From: an uncultured Clostridia bacterium
GTDB taxonomy: Bacteria; Bacillota; Clostridia; Christensenellales; Borkfalkiaceae
Direction of reading: 5' to 3'
Assembly: GCA_964503655.1 (NCBI GenBank)
Contig: CAZDAG010000007.1
Span: 7,713-71,712 of the forward strand
DNA: 64,000 bases
Of this stretch, positions 1 to 7,323 are shown piece by piece. Within the stretch, counting starts at the first letter, position 1, and every line of letters starts with the position of its first letter. Made by a program: the position numbers and the translations under genes. The notes under the pieces were generated by a model. That model was not told the origin of the DNA. It was given only the letters and a program-made list of their open reading frames with translations, and did no database searches.

Positions 1-234
1 CTGTCCGTAATCTGCGTAGAAGGGCGGAAACATCCCGAAACCTTTGTCGACTTTCTGCCCCGTGAGGGTTGAAAACAGCTCCCTCAACTCTTCCGCGGTA
101 TGAAATTTATTATTTATTTCAGCCGTAATTTTCCGCGCCCTTTCAGCCGCTTCGTGCATATGCAGGTGCATTTCCGAACCTGCCTCGATATACGCGCGTT
201 TTTTCATTTTCTCTTTAAACTTTTCGCTGTCCAT
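1..234 (-). CDS. sugar O-acetyltransferase (maltose/galactoside acetyltransferase-like), first 78 codons only; gene runs off the window
   Basis: Own translation from ATG at 234: MDSEKFKEKMKKRAYIEAGSEMHLHMHEAAERARKITAEINNKFHTAEELRELFSTLTGQKVDKGFGMFPPFYADYGQ. This is a helical Mac-type N-terminal region ending in PPF.ADYG, which precedes the hexapeptide repeats in this family. It is absent from the ORF track because there is no stop codon inside the window. Confidence 0.5.
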   Translation of the reverse strand, partial: MDSEKFKEKMKKRAYIEAGSEMHLHMHEAAERARKITAEINNKFHTAEELRELFSTLTGQKVDKGFGMFPPFYADYGQ

Positions 235-295
235 AATGTCCCTGTTCTTTTTAATGACGCTTGATTTTTATTATATTTTCTGATATATTACCGGT

Positions 296-1207
296 ATGAA
301 AAAATTTGCAAGGTTTACCCTTCTATGTTTTATTCCGGTAGTTGCCGGAGTAGTATGCCTCATAGTCGGCAATACCACCGGCAACAGCACCGTAACTTAC
401 GCCGGTATGCTTTCGCTTATTGCGGGTTTACCCGCGATGATGATTATATTCTTAATCGTAGGGCTAATTCTGATGTCGACCGGCAAGCTCGGCGACGGCA
501 AAAAGCCGGAGTCGGATACAACGGATACAACGGATACGACTGACGCGGCAGACAATAAGACGACGATAACGGACGTCGCGCGTGAAGAGGAAACTCCGTC
601 CCAAAGAGAGCGCGAGCAGAACGCGATTGATAAAGTTAACGGTTCAAGCCGTTACGAAAGCCGAGTTAATATGTCCGAATACGAAATTCAGCACGTAGCG
701 GAAGGTATGAAAAACGCTCCTAAATGGGGCGTCGCGGTAGGCTTGACCTCTTTCTTCCTGCTCGTTGCCGACATTATAGCCGCGACGGTGCTTCTCATTA
801 ACCGGATATTTATCGGCGCGATAGTGTGCGCCGCGCTTTTCGGCGTCGTTATCATCACCGCGTTTACCGTCGTAGCGGTAAGCCGCGCAAAAGCGTTGAA
901 CGGCGATATAAGTAAAGCCAAAAAGATAACCGAAGGCAAAGTCAAAACTTGCTATATGGTGGGTACTGCCACAACGCGAACAGACGGAAACTGCTATCAG
1001 AGCAGTAACGGTCAGACCGTACGCGTAAGCGGCGTAACTTACAGGGTAATCGTCAGCGCCGACGGCGAAGAATACGCCGCATTTTCAAAACAGTTTTATG
1101 AAACGGGCGAAACGGTAACCATTGCCGTTACGGGCATAAAGCGCGCCAAAATTGTAGACGAAGCCGAGCTTGAAAAGCTGAACAATTCCGATACGCCGTC
1201 ATCATAG
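296..1207 (+). CDS. hypothetical multi-pass membrane protein with a TDTTD repeat linker
   Basis: 303-aa ORF with hydrophobic N-terminal helices (FTLLCFIPVVAGVVCLIVG, MLSLIAGLPAMMIIFLIVGLILM) and a second hydrophobic block near residue 150. No recognised catalytic motif. Confidence 0.6.
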   Translation: MKKFARFTLLCFIPVVAGVVCLIVGNTTGNSTVTYAGMLSLIAGLPAMMIIFLIVGLILMSTGKLGDGKKPESDTTDTTDTTDAADNKTTITDVAREEETPSQREREQNAIDKVNGSSRYESRVNMSEYEIQHVAEGMKNAPKWGVAVGLTSFFLLVADIIAATVLLINRIFIGAIVCAALFGVVIITAFTVVAVSRAKALNGDISKAKKITEGKVKTCYMVGTATTRTDGNCYQSSNGQTVRVSGVTYRVIVSADGEEYAAFSKQFYETGETVTIAVTGIKRAKIVDEAELEKLNNSDTPSS

Positions 1208-1271
1208 GCGCAGACCCCATTATTTGTAACTATATTTTATTTTAAATTTATCAATATGTCAAACTATTAAA

Positions 1272-1298
1272 AGCGCGGCTGCAAATTGCAGCCGCGCT
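1272..1298. terminator. bidirectional intrinsic terminator hairpin between convergent genes
   Basis: AGCGCGGCTGCAAATTGCAGCCGCGCT perfect stem, with A-run and T-run flanks. It lies between the stop codons at 1207 (+) and 1307 (-). Confidence 0.6.
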
Positions 1299-1306
1299 CT
1301 AAATTA

Positions 1307-1798
1307 TTATTTTTCGACAAACTCAACCAAAGTTATATCCAACGCATCAAGCTTAACGACGAACCACCGCTGGTATGGCATCGAAGCGTCGCCGATCCCG
1401 AATTTTTCTTCCGGTTTATAGCTTATTGTCAATACTTGATTTTTTACTTCTGTTTTCGTTATGCGGTTGTTTCTGTGATACACGGTCGTAAACGTATACG
1501 CAACAAGCATTTGCTTATCAAAATCGATATCAAGCTCTTTTATACCGGCAATAAATATTTCGTCATATCTTTCCCGGTTATTGACGATAAAAGTTCTTGA
1601 CGCAGGGTAAGTTTCGTCCGTATAAAAATCCTGTTCAACGTAATGGATACTGCGCGTCAGATTTTCGCTTGCGAATTGCGTATTTATCCATTCTGCGGCG
1701 TTATCGTACAGCGCTGCATTATATTTAACGCTGCACCCGACAAAAAAGCATAAAGCTATTATAAAAATTATTGCGGAATAACCTGCTTTTTTAATCAT
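1307..1798 (-). CDS. putative lipoprotein, function unknown
   Basis: The ORF track gives 1307..1825. The ATG at 1798 follows AGAGGGTG by 5 nt and gives MIKKAGYSAIIFIIALCFFVGC, which has a lipobox-like FVGC. Confidence 0.65.
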   Translation of the reverse strand: MIKKAGYSAIIFIIALCFFVGCSVKYNAALYDNAAEWINTQFASENLTRSIHYVEQDFYTDETYPASRTFIVNNRERYDEIFIAGIKELDIDFDKQMLVAYTFTTVYHRNNRITKTEVKNQVLTISYKPEEKFGIGDASMPYQRWFVVKLDALDITLVEFVEK

Positions 1799-1880
1799 AT
1801 ATACACCCTCTTTGCGCCTTTTCACTGTAATAACGGTTTAAAACTTATATTTGTCCCGTTTTTTGTAATATTGCTATAAA

Positions 1881-1911
1881 AAACCGCGGCTGCAAATTGC
1901 AGCCGCGGTTT
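1881..1911 (-). terminator. intrinsic terminator downstream of the aldehyde dehydrogenase gene
   Basis: AAACCGCGGCTGCAAATTGCAGCCGCGGTTT, followed on the minus strand by a T-rich tract. It has the same hairpin core as 1272..1298. Confidence 0.6.
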
Positions 1912-1918
1912 AACTTTT

Positions 1919-3295
1919 TTAATGTAAGAAAAATTTAACCAGTTTGTCGTTGCTCTTTTTGTAGGGCTGGTAACGCATGGGCAAATCTATCCAGTTCTTT
2001 TTGTCCACAATGCTCTTGTAGTGCGTGAAAGTATCGAAGCCCTGCTTGCCGTGGTACGAACCCATTCCGCTCTCCTTAAAGCCGCCGAAGGGCATATTGG
2101 AAGTCGCAAGGTGAATGACCACGTCGTTTACGCAGCCGCCTCCGAAGCCAAGCTCGGTAGTAAGTTTTTTAATTTGTTTTTTGTTTGTAGAAAACAGATA
2201 CGCGGCAAGAGGCGCGTCGCAGCTTTCAACGCGGGAAATAACTTCGTCAACGCTTTTATAGATTATAACCGGCAGAATTGGTCCGAAAATTTCCTCCTGC
2301 ATAACCGCGTCGTCAAAGGTCACTCCGTCTAAAACGGTGGGCGCAATTTTCAGCTCCTCTTCGCTGTAAGCGCCGCCGCATACAACCTTGTCTTTATCGA
2401 TAAGTCCCAGAAGTCGGTTAAAGTGCTTTTCGTTTATAATTTTACCGTACGCGGGATTTTTAAGGGGGTCGCTTCCGAACTGCTTTTCAATCTGCAATTT
2501 AATTTCGGCAATTAACTTGTCGTGAATTTTTTCGCTGCACATAAGATAGTCTGGCGCGACGCAGGTCTGACCAAGATTTAAAAATTTGCCCCATACTATG
2601 CGCTTTGCCGCAAGCGGAATATTCGCCGTTTCGTCCACAATGCAGGGGCTTTTGCCGCCCAGCTCCAGCGTTACGGGCGTTAAGTTTTCCGCCGCTTTTT
2701 CATAGACGATTTTGCCTACCCTCTTGCTGCCGGTGAAGAATATATAGTCGAACTTGGTGTCGAAAAGTACGGCGTTGACCTGCGAGCCGCCGAAAATTAC
2801 CGCAACGTACTCTTCAGGGAACACGCTCGAAATAACTTTCTTTATCGCCTCGTTGGTCGCGGGCGAATACGCGCTCGTCTTCAGAACAACCGTGTTACCG
2901 GCTGCGACCGCCGCGATTACGGGATCTATCGAAAGCAGAAAGGGATAATTCCACGGGTTCATAACGAGTACCGTTCCGTAAGGCGAGGGCAGACGGTAGC
3001 TCTTGGACGCGAACTGCGCCAGAGGCGTTTTCACCTTTTTGGGCGAAGCGTATTTTTTTATATGCTTTATCATATGGGTAAGCTCGCTTAAAGCAAGCCC
3101 CGTTTCGCACATATAACTTTCGCTTTCGCTCTTACCCAAATCTTTTTTAAGCCCCGCGTGAATTTCTTCAAGGTTATCCCTGATTGCCGCGTAAAGCTTT
3201 TTGAGGTATAAAAGTCTGAATTTTACGTTAAGCGTTTTGCCGCTCTTAAAAAACTCTTTCTGTTTTGCAACTATCTCCGAAATTTCAGTCTGCAT
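1919..3295 (-). CDS. NAD(P)+-dependent aldehyde dehydrogenase (class-3-like size)
   Basis: 458 aa with ELGGKSP and the catalytic-Cys context LGQTCVAPDY, which are typical ALDH superfamily motifs. Confidence 0.85.
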   Translation of the reverse strand: MQTEISEIVAKQKEFFKSGKTLNVKFRLLYLKKLYAAIRDNLEEIHAGLKKDLGKSESESYMCETGLALSELTHMIKHIKKYASPKKVKTPLAQFASKSYRLPSPYGTVLVMNPWNYPFLLSIDPVIAAVAAGNTVVLKTSAYSPATNEAIKKVISSVFPEEYVAVIFGGSQVNAVLFDTKFDYIFFTGSKRVGKIVYEKAAENLTPVTLELGGKSPCIVDETANIPLAAKRIVWGKFLNLGQTCVAPDYLMCSEKIHDKLIAEIKLQIEKQFGSDPLKNPAYGKIINEKHFNRLLGLIDKDKVVCGGAYSEEELKIAPTVLDGVTFDDAVMQEEIFGPILPVIIYKSVDEVISRVESCDAPLAAYLFSTNKKQIKKLTTELGFGGGCVNDVVIHLATSNMPFGGFKESGMGSYHGKQGFDTFTHYKSIVDKKNWIDLPMRYQPYKKSNDKLVKFFLH

Positions 3296-4508
3296 AAATT
3301 CCTGCCTTTAAATATATTTCTTTCAGCTTGTCTTTGCTCCACAGCACGGGTACGGGGTACAGAGGGTTAGCCTCCTTTTCCGCGTGCGAGGCAAGCTCTC
3401 CGATATGTTCTTTTTTAATAAAATCAAACTGCGCCGGAATACCGAACTTTTTATTCATTTCCTCTATCTTCGAAATAATTGTTTCCGCCGCCTCGCCTGC
3501 CGGAGTTTCCTTCGTGGCAAGGTCGCAGTAAATTGCAATTTGTTTAAGTTTTTTATGCGCTGCTTTGCCGTATTCCCTTAAAACTATTGGCAGCAGAACC
3601 GCGTTTGCAAGTCCGTGCGGAGTGTCGTACTTTCCGCCCAGCGAGTGCGCCACGGCGTGAACGTAGCCGACGTACGCCTTTGAAAACGCTCTGCCCGCTT
3701 TGTGCGCGGCAATAAGCATATTCCTTCTCGCTTCGCGCGTCTTGTCGAAATACGAAGCTTCGAGATTTTCAAAAATCATTTTAATAGCTTCGAGCGCGTC
3801 AGTCCTCGTGGATCTGTTTCCGCTCTTGCCGATATACGCCTCTATCGCGTGGGTCAGCGCGTCCATACCTGTTGTCGAAACAACCTTGGGCGGCAGGGTC
3901 ATTGTGACCTCTTCGTCTAAAACGGCGTACTTCGGAATAAGGGGGAAATCGTTGATTGCGTATTTATACCGCGTCTTGCCGTCCACGATAACGCACGCGA
4001 GAGTGGTCTCGCTGCCCGTTCCGGCAGTCGTTGGAATTGCGTATAAAAGGGGTATTTTTTTGCCCACCTTTAAAATTCCGCGCAGCTTTGCAAGCGGTTT
4101 TTTAGTCGCGATAATCGCGCCCACGCCCTTTGCGCAGTCTATGGGCGAGCCGCCTCCGAAAGCTATCAGACAGTCGCAGCCGTTCTCCTTATAAACCTTT
4201 ACCGCGTCCTCCGCGTTGTCGGTCGTGGGGTTTGCAACGACGTCCGAAAATACGAGGTATTCAAACCCTTCCTCTGTAAGCTTTTGTTCAAGCCCTGCGC
4301 AAAGCCCTAAACCGTATATCGTTTTATCGGTCACGATAAGCGGTTTTTTCTTTCCGTTTTCTTTAAGAGAATTCGGGATATCATCTGTTTTCGAAATAAT
4401 TTTCGGGTCCCTGTAGGGCAGAACGGGCAGAGCGATTTTTAAAACGGTCTGAAAAATTCTGCAATACGCCGCCTTGAAGGGGTTGACCCCTTTTACCTTG
4501 TTTTTCAT
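3285..4508 (-). CDS. iron-containing (group III) alcohol dehydrogenase
   Basis: 407 aa with GGGSPIDCAKG and the His-rich metal site HAVAHSLGGKYDTPHG. It overlaps the downstream ALDH gene by 11 nt. Confidence 0.85.
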   Translation of the reverse strand: MKNKVKGVNPFKAAYCRIFQTVLKIALPVLPYRDPKIISKTDDIPNSLKENGKKKPLIVTDKTIYGLGLCAGLEQKLTEEGFEYLVFSDVVANPTTDNAEDAVKVYKENGCDCLIAFGGGSPIDCAKGVGAIIATKKPLAKLRGILKVGKKIPLLYAIPTTAGTGSETTLACVIVDGKTRYKYAINDFPLIPKYAVLDEEVTMTLPPKVVSTTGMDALTHAIEAYIGKSGNRSTRTDALEAIKMIFENLEASYFDKTREARRNMLIAAHKAGRAFSKAYVGYVHAVAHSLGGKYDTPHGLANAVLLPIVLREYGKAAHKKLKQIAIYCDLATKETPAGEAAETIISKIEEMNKKFGIPAQFDFIKKEHIGELASHAEKEANPLYPVPVLWSKDKLKEIYLKAGIYAD

Positions 4509-4519
4509 TAAAAACTCCT

Positions 4520-5794
4520 TTAAGCCGCAACCGTAAGCTTGCCCGATTTAAACGAGTAAGCGTATGTTGCGCCGGGCTTGGCGTAATTTTCGTTTGCAAC
4601 CCAGCGCACGGTTTTATCGGTAAGGTTGAAAACAACGCTGTGTACGGTTACGCCGCCCGCCTTTCTTCTTCCTACTTCGGACAAAATGTTCATCGCGGCT
4701 TTCTCGTCCGCGACTACGCCGTTACCCTCTTTCAGACGGTCATAGATATGCTGATATCTGTCCCAGCCGAATTTATCCGCGTCGCTTTCGTAATAACTGT
4801 CGTGACCGTTCACTATAAAGTTTGTTATCCACTGATAATCAAATTCGGCGCCGTCGCGGAGACCGGTATACATATTGTCGGTGTTATACAAAACTTTGAG
4901 AGTACGCGCCGAGCCGTCGTTATCCGTCTTGTCGGTTGCATTTTCTGCCGGAAGCCATTCCAGAATGGCGCTCTTGCCGGTAGCGTCCGCTATCATATAG
5001 TGGAACGAGGATTTAGCCGAGTCGTGCAGGTTGTAGCCTTTAATAAGCTCCACCGCCTCGTCAACCGTCGCGCAGTAGTCCAAAATCATTCTCTGCATGG
5101 TGGTCGAAGTGAAGTTCGGCTTGTTTTCGTCCTTCTGGTCGGTTGCGACCGTGCCGCTGCTGCTGACGCTTGTATCGTCGCCCTGATAGGACATAAATAT
5201 CGCGCAGCTCAAACCCTTTTCGTTCATACCGTCAAGGGGCGTGTAGGGCGCGGCGAAGCAGGTGATTTTGTCCATAAGTCCGCCCAGATCTTTTTCAGTG
5301 TCGATGCCTATATAATTCATATCCACGGTAGAAAAGGACTTGTATCTGCCCTTGCCCGGGTTGTTGCATATCGTTATGCAGACGTTCGTTTTGTCAAAGT
5401 CGTAGTTGCGCGCAAACAGTATATCGTTTTCGGGCGTCTTTGCAGTGAACGCCGAGCAGTTTACGTCCGACTCGCCTATATCCACTTTCATAAGCCCTTT
5501 CGTAATGTTGCTGGTGATAAAGTTAATAAGCTCGCTGTCGGACGAAGCGCCGCCGCGCTTTACGAATTTATCCAGGTAGAAACCGCCCTTGACCTTCATA
5601 CTATAAACCGAGCCTTCGTCGTTTTCGTCGTTTCTCGCCTGCAGGTGCTGAATGCTTGAAACGGTCGAAATTACTTCGCCCCAAAGGCAGCCCACCGTAA
5701 TACCCAGTACTGCCGCGATAAGGATAATCACCGCAAGGGTAATACTTAAAGCCCTGAACCACAGCTTTTTCCAAAGTTCCTTCAATTTTGTCAT
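4520..5794 (-). CDS. membrane-anchored Ntn-type linear amide C-N hydrolase (choloylglycine hydrolase/acid-ceramidase-like family)
   Basis: 424 aa with an N-terminal TM helix, a candidate nucleophile context NCSAFTAK, and FARNYDF, which is typical of the CBAH family. Confidence 0.55.
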   Translation of the reverse strand: MTKLKELWKKLWFRALSITLAVIILIAAVLGITVGCLWGEVISTVSSIQHLQARNDENDEGSVYSMKVKGGFYLDKFVKRGGASSDSELINFITSNITKGLMKVDIGESDVNCSAFTAKTPENDILFARNYDFDKTNVCITICNNPGKGRYKSFSTVDMNYIGIDTEKDLGGLMDKITCFAAPYTPLDGMNEKGLSCAIFMSYQGDDTSVSSSGTVATDQKDENKPNFTSTTMQRMILDYCATVDEAVELIKGYNLHDSAKSSFHYMIADATGKSAILEWLPAENATDKTDNDGSARTLKVLYNTDNMYTGLRDGAEFDYQWITNFIVNGHDSYYESDADKFGWDRYQHIYDRLKEGNGVVADEKAAMNILSEVGRRKAGGVTVHSVVFNLTDKTVRWVANENYAKPGATYAYSFKSGKLTVAA

Positions 5795-5820
5795 TTTATA
5801 TTTACTCCTTGAAAAGTTTT

Positions 5821-6678
5821 CTATTTATTCGCAAAGAACGAAACAACTACCCCGTTGGGGCCCACGTGCGTACCTATCGTACAGCCCACGGTGTGAATAG
5901 GAATATTCTCCGACTTACCCTTCCAAAGCGCCTCGCTGTCGCGCAGATACTTTTTCAGATAGTCGTCGGTAAGTCCCGAATAGCCCAGCGCGTAGGGCAT
6001 ACCGAAGTCAATTCCGCCGCACTTTTCGATAAGCTGCATTAAGAGGTTGTTTCCCTTTTTTGAACCCATCGCCTTGCCAACGCATTTAACCTCGCCGCCT
6101 ATTACCGAAACGACGGGCTTTATCGAAAGCAACTCGCCGGCAAACGCCGCCGCAGCCGATATGCGTCCGCCCTTTTTCAGATATTTTAGGGTGTCTAAAA
6201 CAGCCAGAACCTGAATTTTTCGTTTCGCCCCGTTAAGCTCTTTTACTATCTCTTCCGCGGAAAGTTTGCCGGCGTTTACAAGCCTTAACGCGTAGTCGCA
6301 TAAAATCCGCTCGCCTATGCAGGCGTTCAGACTGTCTACTACGAGGACTTTGCCGCCGAATTTTTTAGCCGCCTTTACGGCGCAGCCGTACGTTCCCGAA
6401 AGCTTTGAGGAAATGGTTATTGCAATAACGCTGTCGCCGTCTGCGGTCAGCTCCCCGAACTTTTCCTCCCACCTGAACTCGTTTATCTGACTCGTTTTGG
6501 GCAGGTCCGCGCTTTCAATGAGTTTTTCGTAAAATTCCCTGTGCTGCAAGTTCACGCCGTCAAGATACTCTTCGTCGCCTATGCGCACTTGTATAGGAAT
6601 ACATATTACGCCCAGCTCTTCCGCTTCGGCCCGGGTTATATCCGCAGCAGAGTCCACTAACAGTTTAATCATGTTCAC
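5821..6678 (-). CDS. DegV family fatty-acid-binding protein
   Basis: 285 aa with LLVDSAADI and SSKLSGTY, the hallmark DegV motifs. Confidence 0.85.
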   Translation of the reverse strand: MNMIKLLVDSAADITRAEAEELGVICIPIQVRIGDEEYLDGVNLQHREFYEKLIESADLPKTSQINEFRWEEKFGELTADGDSVIAITISSKLSGTYGCAVKAAKKFGGKVLVVDSLNACIGERILCDYALRLVNAGKLSAEEIVKELNGAKRKIQVLAVLDTLKYLKKGGRISAAAAFAGELLSIKPVVSVIGGEVKCVGKAMGSKKGNNLLMQLIEKCGGIDFGMPYALGYSGLTDDYLKKYLRDSEALWKGKSENIPIHTVGCTIGTHVGPNGVVVSFFANK

Positions 6679-7112
6679 TCCATTGCCTCGTAGTATTTTT
6701 TCAGGTTTTCCGCAATCGATTGAAGCGACTTATAGAAAAATTTTCTCTCTTCTTCGGACATATCCGCGCTGCCGCCCTTCACCGCTCTTTCCGCTTTTTC
6801 GGAAATAGCTTCCGCAACCTTCAAGCCTTCGCCGGTCAGCTTTACGGGCGCGTTGTAGGTTTTGGAGTCGTACTCTATATACCCCTTTTCTTTCAGCACT
6901 TTTAAAGCGCGCGAAATTGCCGCCTTGTCCTCGAAGGTAAGACGCATAAGCTCGCTCGCGGTAAGGCCGCTTTCGTTTTCGCGCAGGTAGTAAATGCACA
7001 TAACGTGAATACACTGCAAGCCGTACTCGCGCATTTCGCGGTGCTTGATTTTCTGCACCAGTTTATTGATTTTTAAAATGGTAATCGTAAAAGTTTCAAA
7101 TATTTTTTCCAT
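6675..7112 (-). CDS. MarR family transcriptional regulator
   Basis: 145 aa of wHTH size and pattern (LTASELMRLTFEDKAAISRALKVLKEKGYI). It overlaps degV by 4 nt and is the first gene of the minus-strand operon. Confidence 0.8.
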   Translation of the reverse strand: MEKIFETFTITILKINKLVQKIKHREMREYGLQCIHVMCIYYLRENESGLTASELMRLTFEDKAAISRALKVLKEKGYIEYDSKTYNAPVKLTGEGLKVAEAISEKAERAVKGGSADMSEEERKFFYKSLQSIAENLKKYYEAME

Positions 7113-7126
7113 AATTTTCCTTCACC

Positions 7127-7198
7127 GTTGATTTGTCAACGAGTTATATAATAACCGATTATAAATGCGATGTCAATCAAAACAGTTGACAAATCAAC
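7127..7198. promoter_or_regulatory. two palindromic candidate MarR operators
   Basis: GTTGATTTGTCAAC (7127..7140) and its reverse complement GTTGACAAATCAAC (7185..7198), immediately upstream of the MarR start. Confidence 0.5.
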
Positions 7199-7211
7199 AG
7201 GTTATTTAAAA

Positions 7212-7242
7212 ATATCCCCTGACGGTAACCGTCAGGGGATAT
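7212..7242 (-). terminator. intrinsic terminator of the 2020-aa surface protein gene
   Basis: ATATCCCCTGACGGTAACCGTCAGGGGATAT, followed on the minus strand by ATTTTT. Confidence 0.65.
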
Positions 7243-7246
7243 TTAT

Positions 7247-7294
7247 GTTTGATTAGCGTTTAGCTTGTTTACGATAACGCAATTAAGATACGCG
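7247..7294 (-). repeat. conserved 3'-UTR element, copy A
   Basis: Transcript sense CGCGTATCTTAATTGCGTTATCGTAAACAAGCTAAACGCTAATCAAAC, between the stop codon (7324) and the terminator. Copies B and C are at 20698..20745 and 60428..60477. Confidence 0.6.
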
Positions 7295-7323
7295 ACAGAC
7301 AATGTCTGTAAACGGAACGTTTA

